A DNA stretch of 63,880 bases, filler included, from Bipalium vagum (GCA_037834085.1; 3 parts of 3 records of this genome joined end to end with filler, not necessarily neighbours in it), one strand, 5' to 3'; counted from the first letter of the whole stretch, positions 36,960 to 51,000 are shown. Numbers and translations: made by a program. Notes: a model not told the origin generated them from the sequence alone.

Positions 36960-39900
36960 TCGATTGTTTCTGGCTTGATTTGGTTGTTCGCCATTCATCA
37001 GCAGGAAAGGGTTGCACTTAAACAGTAAAAAGTTAAGCTTTTTCGTCTGTCTTCTGCATAAGAGATTACCCAACTTACAGACAAAATCCAAAAAGAATCA
37101 CAACAGCATAAGAATATATTATCTGAATCTAGAAAATGCATTCCCAACTCGCCTCACACATTACTCATTCGACGATACCGAGAAAAAAACCTATGTCCTA
37201 CGTCAAAATTATATTATAGATTCTAGAATATACATACCAATTCGTGGTTATGTGGAATATTCAAATATGATGACATTTTTAAACAATTATTTTTTGTCAT
37301 ATGGGATAATCAAGCTAAATACTAATACAATTAATAGTATTAGTATTTTATTTACTATTGTAAATTGATATGTGGAGACTCCAGGAATAACAATCAATCC
37401 AAGAACAACAATCACAACAACAGCCACATCAATTCTATCAAGGTCAACAATCCCAACAAAACCAAAGCCAAGATCAGAACCGTCAATTCAAAATTTCAAA
37501 CACTCTAAGTGATGAAAATAATAAGTGAAAAAACAATATGTGATCCAATGATGATAATAATAAATCTGATCATTTAATTCCTTAATTATATGTAAAAAAA
37601 ACTTCTCTTTTGTGAATATGAATTGTATGTTACAAACTTTTCTTTTATGTTTTATGTTATAATAAAAGGTTCAAAAATATATGTATTCGATATGTAAATC
37701 GTTCTTGATTGAAATAATATGTGAATATAAATAAAATAAGAATTACTAAATAATATATAGATAAATAGTATATAAATTATTATTATGTATATAGATATGA
37801 ATAAAGTATTGAATTAATTAAAAATGAATTATATAAAGTAATGAATTAATTTAAAGTATATGAATTATTAGTCTAAAAATTTGATAATGAAGGAATTTAT
37901 AATAAGGCAACAAAAAATTACCTAAAATAAACAAGGGAGATTTTTATAATAAGAAATGAAAGAGTAATAAAAAAAGTAACAAAAATAGACAAGAAAATTA
38001 TTATAGGAAATAGGAAGTTATATTTAGAAAATAAGGTAGAAATTATAATATAAAAAGGGAATGGAAAACATAGGCAGACAGAAGAAAAAAAGATAGAAAA
38101 CGAGCAATCTTTAAAAGCATTTCAATCGATTTCAAAATTTAAATCACATCTGAACCAAAAAGCCTACTGAATAAAACAAGTCAGTAATCACGTCTAAATA
38201 GGAAGCCTATGAAATTACAATAGATACTGTGAAAACTCCCGCCTTCTGATCAACCAATTCAACCGAACCCTTCAAAAACGTCAATCTCAAAGCAATCAAA
38301 GCCTTCGAAACAATAACATTAAATCATGAATTTTAAATATTTTTAGTGATCATTTATTTTATGTATAAAAACAAAATATAATTCTGTGTAATTTTATTTA
38401 TTTATTTGTAAAAGTTAAAACCCGGAGTTTGATTTAAATAATTCTCTTTCTCGTCTGTTTAATATAAAATATAAGAAATTATTATTATTATAATTAATTA
38501 AAAAATTAATCATTTTGATGATTAATTTATTAAATATTTGGAAACAATTTTTTAGTAACATAAAGTTACTATAAATAATTTTTAGTAAAAAATTTTAAGG
38601 TAATTTCTAAAAATAGTAACATAAAGTTACTGTATTTAAAAATACAAAAAATAAAATAATATAAATACTGAAGTAATTCAGTATCAACACACAAAACATA
38701 CACAAAATAGATACGAAAAACAGTCTGAAGCAATCAAGTGATCAAGAAGAAAACGCAAAGAACTCCAGAGAAAAGCAGACACTATTCAGATCCATATTCA
38801 GAGCAATTCTCAGCCGTATTCGGAATAATATTCAGAGTAAATTCAGAACTCTACGACAAAAATATACCAACAATCATCCGTGTCAGGGTCCAGCATTCAA
38901 GAAGAAACAACCTTTAGTAATTACAAATCTAAATAGACTTTTATTATTATTAAATTAAATAAATATAAAATAACTTTTTTTTCACACTGCTCACAGGTGA
39001 ACCGATTACCAAATAAAAAATAATAATTCAAAACTAAAAAAACTATAATTCGATTACGAATTATGAGTTATTGATTAAATTAAATAAATACTAAGGATTG
39101 GACAGCTACTCCAATCAAATAATTGTTATTTTTTTCTAACTCCCCAGTAATTTCTTTTTTTGTGTTCTTCACGTCAAGTTGGACGGAGAACCGAATTTTT
39201 ATCTGAGGGCCCTTGAGAGTAAGATACCGAAGGGTGATCTGACTTCTCTTAACTCCTTATCTCGGGTTTTAACTCAAAAGTAAAATTGTATTAAAAAATA
39301 AAATTGTTAGATTTATATAAAATATATTTTATAAAACAACTTGTTAGCTCAGTTGATCGACTCAAAGCTTATCGTGTCTCGTTTTTAAAAGTTAAAAGGT
39401 TTTACAATCGATATTTGTTTAAAAGGTTCAAATTAATCAACATTTTTATTGTCACTCAAATTATAACTTCAAACGTACGCGCACTAAATCCTTCTGAATT
39501 TGCATATATTTTATGTTAAGTTCCTAAAAATTCCACTATCGATATTCTTAAACCGATTAAATATTAATAATCATTTTCATTTTATTTTATCTTTTTAGGT
39601 CCAAAACTTAACAATACCTATATTGGAAACCCAGCCGAATTAACCGATTTTTTATTGAATTATTATATTATAATGCGTGCATATGGTTTTACGCCAAAAG
39701 TAATGATGAACCAACTCCCTATTTACACGTACTTAAAAGGTGCAGCAAGAGACGCATATTTAGATATAGTAAGCAAAGGGAAAGATGATAATTGGGCATC
39801 AGTTAAAGCCGCGTTAGAGGAACAGATTTTCAGAGGTGACACAGGTCATTTACGCGGACAACAATTTTATAGATTAAAGCAAAAAATGAATAAAACAGTG

Positions 39901-41400
39901 TCAGAGTATACACATAATTTAACGAATGTAGCCCAGAGAGCTTTCGGTTTACAAAATAAGTGGGACAAAAATACTAACGCTATAGTAAAAGACCAATGGT
40001 GGCCAGGCTTAAGATATGAAATCAAGGCAGCTTTCATGCTATATAGACATGAAGCGTTTGAGCAAATAATTTAGAAGGCAAAATTACCCGAAAATGCTGT
40101 TGAAATGAAAACAGTAAGTGTAATAAATAAGAGTCCGCAGTCCCCCGGATTAAGGCCAAAATCATCAGTTAAAGTAAATATTAATAATTAAATGCAATTT
40201 TATAAGTGTAATTAAATGGGCCATGAAGCCCGAGAATGTCCGATAGATAAAAAATTCCGATTTAATGACTACTCCACTAAGCCTTATAATGTTTTAGATG
40301 GAAGTAACCAACATAACCAAATGAGAGCACCAATGAATTAGTACCCAAATAGGAATAATTATAATAATGGAAATAAACCATTTGAGTATATTAATAGTAA
40401 TAATTTTGGAAATAAACAAGTTGAATATAATAATGAAAATAAGTAATTTGATTTTAATAATAATAAACAATGTACCAAATGTGCACGACGAAACCATAAC
40501 ACAAACGAATGTAGAGAGCAAAATTTGCAATGTGGAAAAAGAGGACATGTGAAAGATGTGTGTAGAAGTATAAATTTTAATTCATCCCACGTCAACAAGT
40601 GAATGTTGAGGGAAAGGTTAAATGTTTTATTTGCGGAAAATTTGGACACTTAGAGAGAAGTTGCCCCTCACTAACTTCTAAAAAAAATTTTGTAAATGAC
40701 AATGAAAATAACGATACAATTGAAGCACGCATGTCACACGTTTAAAGGTTATAGGCACTGCTTAGGGAGGAATATGCAAAAGTAGAACAACTAGGTTAGC
40801 CTGTACAAGAAACATCAAATCATATCACCATCATTTCCGATAAAACAATAAAGATGAGAAAGGCTAACGAGATAGCGCCAAAATGGATAACAGGGGAAAC
40901 ACCAATTGATAAACACTTTTTACGATTCCATTGAGTAAGTTCCCCAGTAGAGCTACAGGTATTACAAAAAATATGAAAGAAATGGCCAGCAACAGAAACT
41001 ATTTTCACAATATATTATCAATACCCAGATAAGTTAATTGTGCGAAACGTAGCTACAAAAACCATGGTACAGGAAATCCTAACCGACATACAAGAAAGCC
41101 TAAAAAGACCAGTCAACCTCTATTATTATAAAACCAAACTTAATAATAACAATAGCCTAATATAATCTGGCATTATACCAGGATGGCACAACGTAATTGA
41201 GATAAATTTTCAGCCAGAAGTCATTAATAAGGAAATGATTTGTAGAATGACAGAGGTGAGCGAACAAATAAAAAGTACAAGAATAATATCCCTGTTAAGT
41301 TAACAGAAGAAATGATAAAAACTAAGTTGAATTACGATAAAATTAGAACTATACTAGATGAAATAGTGAGGATACCAATAGCCGTTATTAGGATATCCAT
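36960..41400 (+). mobile_element. Degenerate Ty3/Gypsy-type LTR retrotransposon: long LTR/leader, gag, scrambled downstream remnants
   Basis: gag-like core at 39601-40074 (YLKGAARDAY, W..VKAALEEQIF, FYRLKQKMNKTVSEY, QWWPGLR); CCHC knuckle remnants CN*MGHEAREC, CTKCARRNHNTNEC and CGKRGHVKDVC at about 40200-40565. No intact RT or integrase seen; outer boundaries approximate. Confidence 0.7.
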
Positions 41401-41866
41401 AAAATTTGTAAAATGTATGGATTTCACAATGTTATAATTACAAGATTTTCTATTCTCTTTTTTTAATTTTCTATACAAAGCTTGAGAAAATTTAGACTGA
41501 CAAAATTAAATACCATAGTTCACAGCAAACTTTAAAAATGATGAATTTTAAAAAAAGACGTGTAAACTTAATACTTCTATACCTACCTCGCCTTGTGTAA
41601 AGCTCTAGAGAAAGTTTTTAAATTGTTTAGGAAGATTTAAAAGGGTGTGGGGTTTTTAAATCTAAATAAAATTGATTTGTCTATCCATCAGAGAAAACAA
41701 AAATTCATAGAACAAGCCTCATCGATTCAAATAATGAAAATTATAAGTCTCAATACTGAACAATAAAAACACTGAGAACCTCATCACAATGCGCTGTAAT
41801 ATTGCAACAACGATAAATTTCAAATACCCAGAACGAACAGTACCCAAAATTATATACGATCCCACT

Positions 41867-44800
41867 TTAGTTCCTACCCTTTTGATCGGAAGTGTCTGTC
41901 CAATCTGGCACTTTGCCTTTTTCCAAATATGCTTCTCGAGTCATTGAGCGAACGCTGATCGTGTCTAACTCTCCAAAAATCGCAGCTCCTAGCCAACCGG
42001 TATAATTGGAAAAGGAAGGTGGATCGTGTAATTTGAATGTCTCAGTCTCCAGCTTCACATACTTATTATTGGTTTTAGAAAGTCGCCTTACTTCTGCTAA
42101 TAGCCGAGATTTGAATCCAGGCAATTCACAAGTTCCACCAATCACCATTATGTTATTACACAAATCCCTAATTTATAAATGAAAAATATATAAAATAAAG
42201 TTATATCAGATTTTATAAATAAATTAAATGATAATTTTATGTCTAATTGATAATTAGAACTATTGCATTAAACTCATTGATTATTTCAGAAAATTTTTTT
42301 GAAATGAAAATAATCTAACCAAGAAGTATATCAATAATAATTATATTTACTAGTTTTCGCGGGAATTAGACCAAAAAATTTTTAAAAAATTTTATCATCT
42401 TAGACTGACTTGTCAAGTTTGAAAGGTTCTTAATTTTATTATTGACATGTTTGTGGTTATAGTTTTTTAATAGGTTTGGTACCGAGATATATTTCTTTAT
42501 AGTATAACAATAAAGATTTTTTATTATTATACTAAGTATTAAAAGGAATTGAAATCTTCTAAATTCATATATAAGATAAATAAGAAATTAAAAGCACTTT
42601 TAAAATAATCAGAAATAAAATAATATTTATTTATTGATCCAAAAATTTTTAAATATTAATCAATTTTTAAATCTTTGTTACAGAATTAAAATTTAATATT
42701 TTAAATTGTAAGATTTTTTTAATCAGTTAATTATATTATTTTGTTTCTCGATCTATGATATCAGTGTTGTATTTGATAAAGTCAGTATTTTACAAAGAAA
42801 AACAAAAATATACCTGTTAGTCTTGAAATTAGAAGGCCTTTAATTAGATGCAATTGGAAATAACAAAATCGCTAAAATTCTTGAGTTTGCAAGAACAATT
42901 TTATTTACTATAGATTCAAGTCTAATCTACTGATCAAGATAAGTGAAATAAAACAATAGGGAATTATCGAGGTGAATTGTCTATTCGACAATGACATTAG
43001 TTAGTGATTTAATGAAAATTGTCTACTAGCTTTCAATGGTTTAGATTTAAATGTACAAAGCGTTTTTCATTTTCCACTTCAACAGTCGACAGATTTCTTC
43101 GTAACTTCAGAAAAAATTAGCAAATCGTAAAATTATTGATTTATATTAATAAATTTTAAGAACCAAATTGTTTGTTTTTTAATTTTATTTTAACCTTTAC
43201 AAAAACTATACTGGCTTTATCATATGCAATAATGTCTTAATTGATCGAAAAACATTAATTGGTTTTTTTGAAAATATTTACTGACCTAGAATATTTACAG
43301 AATAGAACAGTGTAAATCCGTTCTATTCGATTGTTCAGTTAATATACAGAAATAACGTGGAACAAGCAGAAAATTAGAATAATAAATGGCTGAGAACCAA
43401 CAGAATTGTGAAAAACTATTTTTGATAATCACATTGTATGTGGATAATAAATTATCGAAAAAGTTAAAAAATACTGAAAGTACCATTCTTGATTACTTTT
43501 TACTATATAAAAATTTAAAATAAAATCTATACTTTCTGCAATCGATAGGAGCTCCAATTATGGCATCGAGAACCAGAGTGGCCAATGTTATCTCTTCATT
43601 GTCGCTGTCAAATAAGCACTCAGTTGCCAGCTCTCTGATTTCAATTGGAATTTTAAGACAAATGTCTCCCAGGCTTTGACAGTGCAAATTATAATCGAAC
43701 GTGTCCTGAACCAATTTTGGTTTGGCTGACGGATTTTCCGTATTCCTGGAAGCCAACCATGCCTTCCACTGATCGGCTCGATCAATTGGCGATATGACAC
43801 AGCTCCGAACTGTTTGAAATCGAAATTAATTTCAGTAATAGTCTCCAATGGAAAACGATAAAAATTACCTTTTATATCCTCCAGCACTGTCCTGGTCAAA
43901 ACGAGACCTGTGAGAAATATGAAAATTTCAAAACCAGTCATTGATCAACAATGAATCTCTGTTAAAATTTTATTTTCAATACAAAAAGTTTTGAAATTTA
44001 TCAAACAAATTTTAAAAAATCAATTGACTTGATTCCAACAATTTCTTAATCGATTTTTATAATTTTTATTTAATAAACAGTATTTTATTGATTTGAATAA
44101 GCAATTGAATCGTTTTACATTTAAGTGTTTAAATATTGTATTCCTCTTCATTCCTTATTAAAAATTTGAAAAATAAAGTTGTAAAATCCGTCAAACTTCA
44201 CTGCACAAAAAAAATTAATTAATGAAAAAATCAATACAAACTTGGATTTTCCAGGTCTTTGATATTGATTAGTTTGTTATTTCGATCAATCATTTTGCCT
44301 GAATCAATCAGCATCGTCTCCAGACGCCTTAACAAATTCCCCGAGAAAAAATGAATGACTTCAAAATAAAATATTACTTTTCAATTTGCACGCTCCCCAG
44401 TAATCCAGCCTGCCAATTTTGAAGAAGGTGGTATCCTTCATAAACCTATCGATTATTTTTTATAATCAATAATATCACAGTAGTATTAATTTCACATTGT
44501 AAAACAAGATTAAATAATAAAAAAAAACCGATCAATAAAACTCTACCAATCTTGTGACATGACACAACACATGACACAATTGCGGATTATTTTAGAACTC
44601 CTTGTTCCTTTGTATCGGTAAGAAATAATTGTGTTAAATTTCGCAAATTTGTATGCAAAACAATATACGTTGATAAATTTGAAAAGTGAGAAATGTGTGC
44701 GAACAGAAAATAAAATGGATCGACCTTTTCAAATATCTAACATTATTTGTTCAATAATTTCAACAAAGTTAATTATTCTGTTGAAAGTGCAGAAAATTTT

Positions 44801-46466
44801 TATCGATTCCCAACCATTGATTCTGAAATCTAATAAGGTTCGAAAAAAAAGTAATGTTGATAATAAAGAGAATGTCACTAATCAATATTTTTACAATATC
44901 TAAATAACTAATAGATCAACATAAAATCTATACTTGATTTGAATTCACCATGAATCACAAAAATTACAATAAGTGATTCTCTAAAGTTTAATTTTATTGA
45001 TTAATTCATCTTATATATTTGTTAATTAGGAATCTTCTTTTTTCGAATTTTATTCATTTTTCATGATAATTAATGATTAAATCAAAGAATGAAAAGTAAA
45101 ATTCCATTTTAAGAAACAATTTAATCAACTGAAAAATTCTATAAATTATTAAATATGTATGTATTGATTTTCGAAAGAATAAAAAATGATTTACGAATGC
45201 TCCAAATGATCAAAGACCTGTTAATTTCTCAATGAACAGATGCATATTTTCAACAACGAAATTGGAATAAAATTTGAGGAACATAATTATCATAAACTAA
45301 CCGGAACCGTGTTGGCTTCCATGTATCCGCAATCAAGAACTAGTCCCGTTTGTGAGCCAACTGTGAAAAGAGAAACCAGGTGAACTGGAGCAAACAAAAT
45401 AGAGGGAACCTTAAACATTTAATTTGATAATTTTCACTAAATATATTAAGGTCTACTTCAAAATGTTTAAATAACACGTCTGCAATGACCTCTCTTATTT
45501 CAGTTGAGCTCAAAATTGATTCGACAACCACGACCCGTCGATCTTTAGGATTAACCAAAAGTTTCCTAAATGATCAAATTTTCATTAACAAAACTTTAAA
45601 ATCTCTGAAATATTGAACTTGAAATAATTTTCAAATTCTGTTAAAACTATTAATTATTATTTTATAAACTGCTATATATCATGTTATAATTAAATATAAA
45701 TAGAATCAATATAAAATCAATACTTATAACATATTTAAGTAAAAAATGAGTAAATTAAAAATCAATCAAAAACTTTTATTTAAGATATAATATTAAAACT
45801 AAAGATATAATATAATAAAGATATAATAATAAGAAAATTCCTTGACTTAAAAAGATGTCAAATTTAAATCTCTGAAAAGTGCGGAAGAATAGATAATATA
45901 AGTTTAATATAATTTTCGTACATAAAATTTAGACTAATTTATAGAAATAATTATTTGGTTATGTAATATTTTGATACATCGATAGTGATCATTTTCATTT
46001 TATTTAGTTCAAAAAGTATTAAATACCACAGGAAAAGGTGTTTATAAATTAACAAATTTTGATAATATAAAATTTTAATGATAAAAAGACGATTTAGAAT
46101 TTTATCATTTAAAAATTTTGTGGATAATTCAAAATTGTTAAAAAATAAATTGCAAAATATACCTGTAATAAATTTCATATAGGAAAGTTATCAAAAAATC
46201 ACGCTTCTCGTTGAAATCCACAATATCTGACAAGTATCTAGTTGAATTTTCTTCCTAATTAGATTGATTAATGATTTTAATGATTAAGGTTATACTCGTT
46301 TAATAACCGATGGAATAATTGCTCTTGGTGAAGACTCCCCAGAAAAACCTAATCTACAAAATAAACTTAAACATTTAGAATTTATATACTTTGTCAAGGA
46401 TTGACCAATATCAAAAATAATAGCACTTTTATCATTTATGTTATTCACATATAAATCATAGGGCAT
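41867..46466 (-). CDS. ACTR10: Actin-related protein 10 (dynactin pointed-end subunit, Arp10/Arp11), 10 exons, 404 aa
   Basis: Exons 46466-46390, 46353-46296, 46254-46163, 45565-45457, 45409-45302, 44445-44378, 44327-44242, 43907-43869, 43809-43533, 42167-41867; 1215 nt, phases consistent. Motifs AIIFDIGQSLTKLGFSGESSPRAIIPS, LLVNPKDRRVVVVES, LVLDCGYME, VLEDIKVRSC, PIDCRK, VIGGTCELPGFKSRLLAE, WLGAAIFG, GKVPDW. Confidence 0.94.
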
Positions 46467-47369
46467 TTTGTTTATAAAAAATATTAAAACAAGAAAAATT
46501 TACCTCTTGTTTATTTCTCATTTTAGATGTAAGAAATAATTATAAAATAGATTTTTCAAATAATATCATTTTTAATAATTTGATATAACTTAAATAATTC
46601 TTTTATTTATAGATTTAAATTTTCTCTAAGATTAGAGAATAATTATTAACTTAACACAATGGTAACAGTTAGACAAAAATAAAAGAAATTAAGATGATAT
46701 TTTAGAGTTCACGAAAAATATAGAATACCATTCAAAGTTATAGTTAAGGCATTATTGATAATCAAAAACATCGTTTCAATTTTTTATATTTAAATACCAG
46801 ATATTAAAGCAATGTTTATTAAAATTAATGTTTGCTTATTTTAAAAAATATTTTAAGATCATTAACAAATCTTATTACAGAATTATTTTAATTCCCATTT
46901 TTAATAAAATCAAGGCAGTTTGTGATCTACAGCATTAATAATTGAATATATAAACATAATTTAATTTAATAACTGTCAAATCAATTTGTTAAATTTTTAA
47001 ATGCCTACCTTAACAATTGATTGTGTTAAGGTGTCCTTGAAACTAAATCCCTATTTTACAATAAACAGCTAGTCTGTCAAACACTCAACTTTCGCTAGTA
47101 TGAAAACGGTAGCAAATACTTAGTTACTAACTTTTGATTTAGCTCAATAAATATTAATCGATTGAGGGATGATCTTCATAATCATTCATAAATAAAATTA
47201 GAATCTGACTCGAATAGATTCAAAAAATTAAGAAAACACAATACAGAAACACGTTTCACTGTGAATAAAATATATTTGAATTTTCACAATTACAAATTGT
47301 ATAACACTTAATTATAAACAAGAATAATCACTCACATCTAAGATACAAGTGTAAGTGACAAGGGTTAAT

Positions 47370-47566
47370 ATATAAACAAGGTGCCTGATTTTTTCAAGGT
47401 CACCTTTGTTTATATACTTTAATTTTTGTAAGTTAAATTTTTTGTAAATTTTAATATTATTAGGAAAATTAATTCCTCTTTAGGGCCCAAAATCATGATT
47501 GTTTATAAAGAAAATGCTTTTTAAAAAAATCAGTCTTATATTGTCATTGCAATAATCATCGTATTG
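47370..47566 (+). repeat. Dispersed repeat, copy 2 (probable transposon end)
   Basis: Collinear similarity to 30405-30610. Confidence 0.75.
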
Positions 47567-47902
47567 TCTTACGTAGTTCTGCCTGATTCTGTCTCATTGG
47601 AATTTCGATAATCTCACAATGGAAAACAGTCAATGTTAAATAATCAAATGGAATCCCGTGTTGCCCACTGATTCCGTTCTGCTAGGATTTACTGATAGGT
47701 CGTACTATCATTTAAAAGATATCTTGTTAAGGAAAAGTCTTGAAATGCTAAATGAACTTCCTAATCTTCATTCAATTGTGACCTTTTTGAATGATCAAAG
47801 TCTTCCGGAGATAGATTTCAAAATTACCCTAGTTACACATGGACATAAAAATTGTGAAAGGCGAACAGAATAGGCTGAATAAAAGATATCTGTACTGGGA
47901 CT

Positions 47903-48002
47903 NNNNNNNNNNNNNNNNNNNNNNNNNNNNNNNNNNNNNNNNNNNNTTAATTAATTAANNNNNNNNNNNNNNNNNNNNNNNNNNNNNNNNNNNNNNNNNN
48001 NN
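47903..48002. other. Assembly gap with artificial spacer
   Basis: 44 N + TTAATTAATTAA + 44 N, same format as 17783-17882. Confidence 0.95.
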
Positions 48003-48229
48003 AATAGAATTGATTGAAGTTTTAAATAGCTTTCAAATAGCTTTCTGGAAAATAGGTAAGGGTTAAATTTTAATGAATATAAAATAATAATAAATAATTT
48101 TAAAATATTATATATTTAAAGTAATACATATTAAATTTTAATCCTTGGTGTTAAGCAAATGTTTTATTTAATTTTTAATAAATTTCAAGTTTTCTTAAAA
48201 AGTAAATAATAAAATTATATTCCTAAAGA

Positions 48230-48886
48230 AGACGCATGTCAATTTCGATACGGTTCTATCACAATGAGATAGTTATGGAAATAGAAAAACGTGTGTATGG
48301 ATCACAAGCATTTTCACTGCATGAAAAGGTTTATGCATCACAAGGAAAGAGTTACTATTTATTTAATATTTCTGCAGTTACTTCAGACATTACTTATATG
48401 AAAAAAAATTCCGAGCAAGAACAGATCACAAAGCATAAATGATTAGTAATAATATTACACTGAATCCGAAGTCCTTTTTCTGAAAATACATTGAACAAAC
48501 TATTAGACACCAAAGTTTAAAAAAATTCCAAAATCGACTGATCCATTGCAATGGTGGAAACTTAAAGAAGACTTTTACCAAATGTTATCTGTTTTAGCAA
48601 GAAAGCTTTGTGCATTTCAGTAACTTCGGTTTTAATTGAACGAATCTGTGGCTCTGTTGGTTATTTTTTAAGAAGACACATTCATCAATCGAATCTAATT
48701 CCGATAACATGCTATTTTGTTACCGTTATTGGTTATCTGATGAGATGTAACCAATAAACTGGGTTGTTTTTAAATAAATGTACATCAGTTATTATGTTTT
48801 GATTTTCATTTTGAAAGTTAACTGTTTACTAATCGTTAGTTTTCAAGAATTTAAATGTTAGCAAAGATTTAATCGTTAACAGCCCT
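48230..48886 (+). mobile_element. hAT transposon 3' fragment (dimerisation domain plus TIR)
   Basis: DPLQWWKLKEDFYQMLSVLARK..CISVTSVLIERICGSVG matches the hAT C-terminal dimerisation pattern; terminus AATCGTTAACAGCCCT. Confidence 0.78.
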
Positions 48887-50399
48887 CAAAATTACTTATT
48901 AAGCAATATACCAATTAAATGAATCTAATTAAACAAAATATAAGTGATTGAAATGAAAGAAAAATTATTTTTAAATAAAATCAATTTGTTCTTCCATTAA
49001 GAGAATCACAAAAAAATCTTTTTTTAATAATTAGTATTTAAATAAATATTATGTTAATTTAATCCAGAAAAAGATTATTTTCGAGGTAAGCTCCATAAAG
49101 ACATATAGTAACCAAGACCCCAAAAATTTTGATAGGTAAACCATCTGCAGAAGATCCTTATTCATATCCCTAATCCTATACATATGTCTTATCAAAATAA
49201 ATTTAAGAAATGGACCAAGAAAGAAGATAATTACTCTTTCTTTTGTAGGAGAGAATGAAACCTGAAAATGTACTTTTGAAAACAAATCAAAAACATATCC
49301 GAGTTGCTAGGTTTATACAAAAACCTGACGAAAATGATAATAGTATTAATAAATTAAAGGGTAATGTGATATAAAAACTATAATGAATAATTAATTATCA
49401 CACTACCAAGGAGTCAGCGATGTTGACAATTTGATATAAAATGAAAAACCTCAAGTAATTAGACCTGAACAAGGAAGAGATTTATTAATAAAAAAATAAC
49501 TATGAAATACGACCCATTATTTATAGTCGATTTTCGTTTGGATGAATACATTGTTATCGATGGAAATGGAAATGTCATTGTTTAAATTGAAAACATTAAT
49601 GAGTTTTATTATTTTTACAACAAAGATTATCAAGTCATTTAGATTGCAAATTCCTACAGTGAGGACAGGCAAATAAGGAAAGTGTAGAAAAATCATGTGG
49701 AAAATCTATTTTTTATTAACAATGTCGTAATATAATTTTACATTTGACTTCGGCATGATTCTCAAATCCACAATTTTTCAGCTTTTCTCCTTACGAGATA
49801 CGGCAATAATTAATTCGCTCTGAATGGGGAAATATTATCGGGGAGAAAGCCAGAAAATTTATCGATTACGTATATTAGAAATTGAGGACCTACAAATGAT
49901 CCACTCCTCTAACAATAATATTCCTTATCAAATTTAAAGAAAAAAGAGATCTTAATTGAAGAGTAGACTGAATAAATTGACACATTTTATTAAAATCAAT
50001 TTTAATTTTTTTGGAGAAAAAATTACCCAAATAAGTTTTATTGAGAATTTTTCTTTTTTTTTTAATTAATTTTGTTTAAAACAATTTTAAAAATTAAAAT
50101 TTATTACTTTTTTGATAAATTTTAATTTCAAAGAAACTTTGATTTATTTACAATCGTAATTTGGTAATTTTCTGTCAAAAACTAAACCGAAAAAAGTATT
50201 GATATTTTAACAAAGAAATTATATAAATAAATAAAACGATTTTATTTTATAAAATTATGTCCACATTCATCAGAAATAATAAAAAATGTTATTCGGAAAA
50301 TATTACTGATAGAATATATTAAGTAATATAAAAATATTATTTATTATTTAGAATGAAATCATTAATTTAATTGATTTACGTAATTAGCTCTTTTTTCAA

Positions 50400-51000
50400 A
50401 TGATTATTATTAGTGTAATAATTTTAAAACCTTTTTCAAACTATGCCTTTTTAATACCAGAGTTCTATGAATGTCCTTTTTATTGAAGGAAATATTATTA
50501 AGATGCTAAATTTCAATACCCAAAGGGCTTTCCTGGTTTAAGGTTTTTTTCTTTTGGTAAAGACTATCAAATAAAGGGACATTGCAAAATATGTTTTGGG
50601 TTTCTGAAAGAAAGAAATTAAAGCAAAAGCAATTCATTTACGTTTTCAGAGAATTTTTGATAAAATTAATCTAATTTTTTGAAGAAGAAAATGAGAAAAT
50701 ATAATGAGAACTGGAGTGCTTGATATTCTGGAAGTAGCCTTGAATCCTATTAAGATATTTCTTCATTCACAGCTCAAAAGATTAGATCTTTTTAAATAAT
50801 TAGAAATTCTTCTGCCTGCTTTGGTCAGGTGATACATTGGTATCCATTTATTCCTAATATCTCTGATCAGAATAAATGAAAAGGGTTTGGTGGGACTTTT
50901 AAGCTTTTTCAAAAGAAGTTACATTATAATTAATTATCCTTTGCTTCATTTATCAGATTCATTTATCATTAATCATTTACCATTTCTAATTATTCACTTA
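50400..51000 (-). mobile_element. Highly decayed Tc1-like fragment
   Basis: Weak remnants such as KDLIF* and ALWVLK in the expected order for a Tc1 DDE domain. Confidence 0.3.

Noticed and set aside
39170-39195. Primer binding site TGGACGGAGAACCG after a putative LTR end
   Set aside because: Only loosely resembles a tRNA 3' complement, and no second LTR is available to fix the boundary.
43588-43941. 117-aa ORF as a separate gene
   Set aside because: Read-through of ACTR10 exon 8 across a 59-nt intron into the wrong frame of exon 9.
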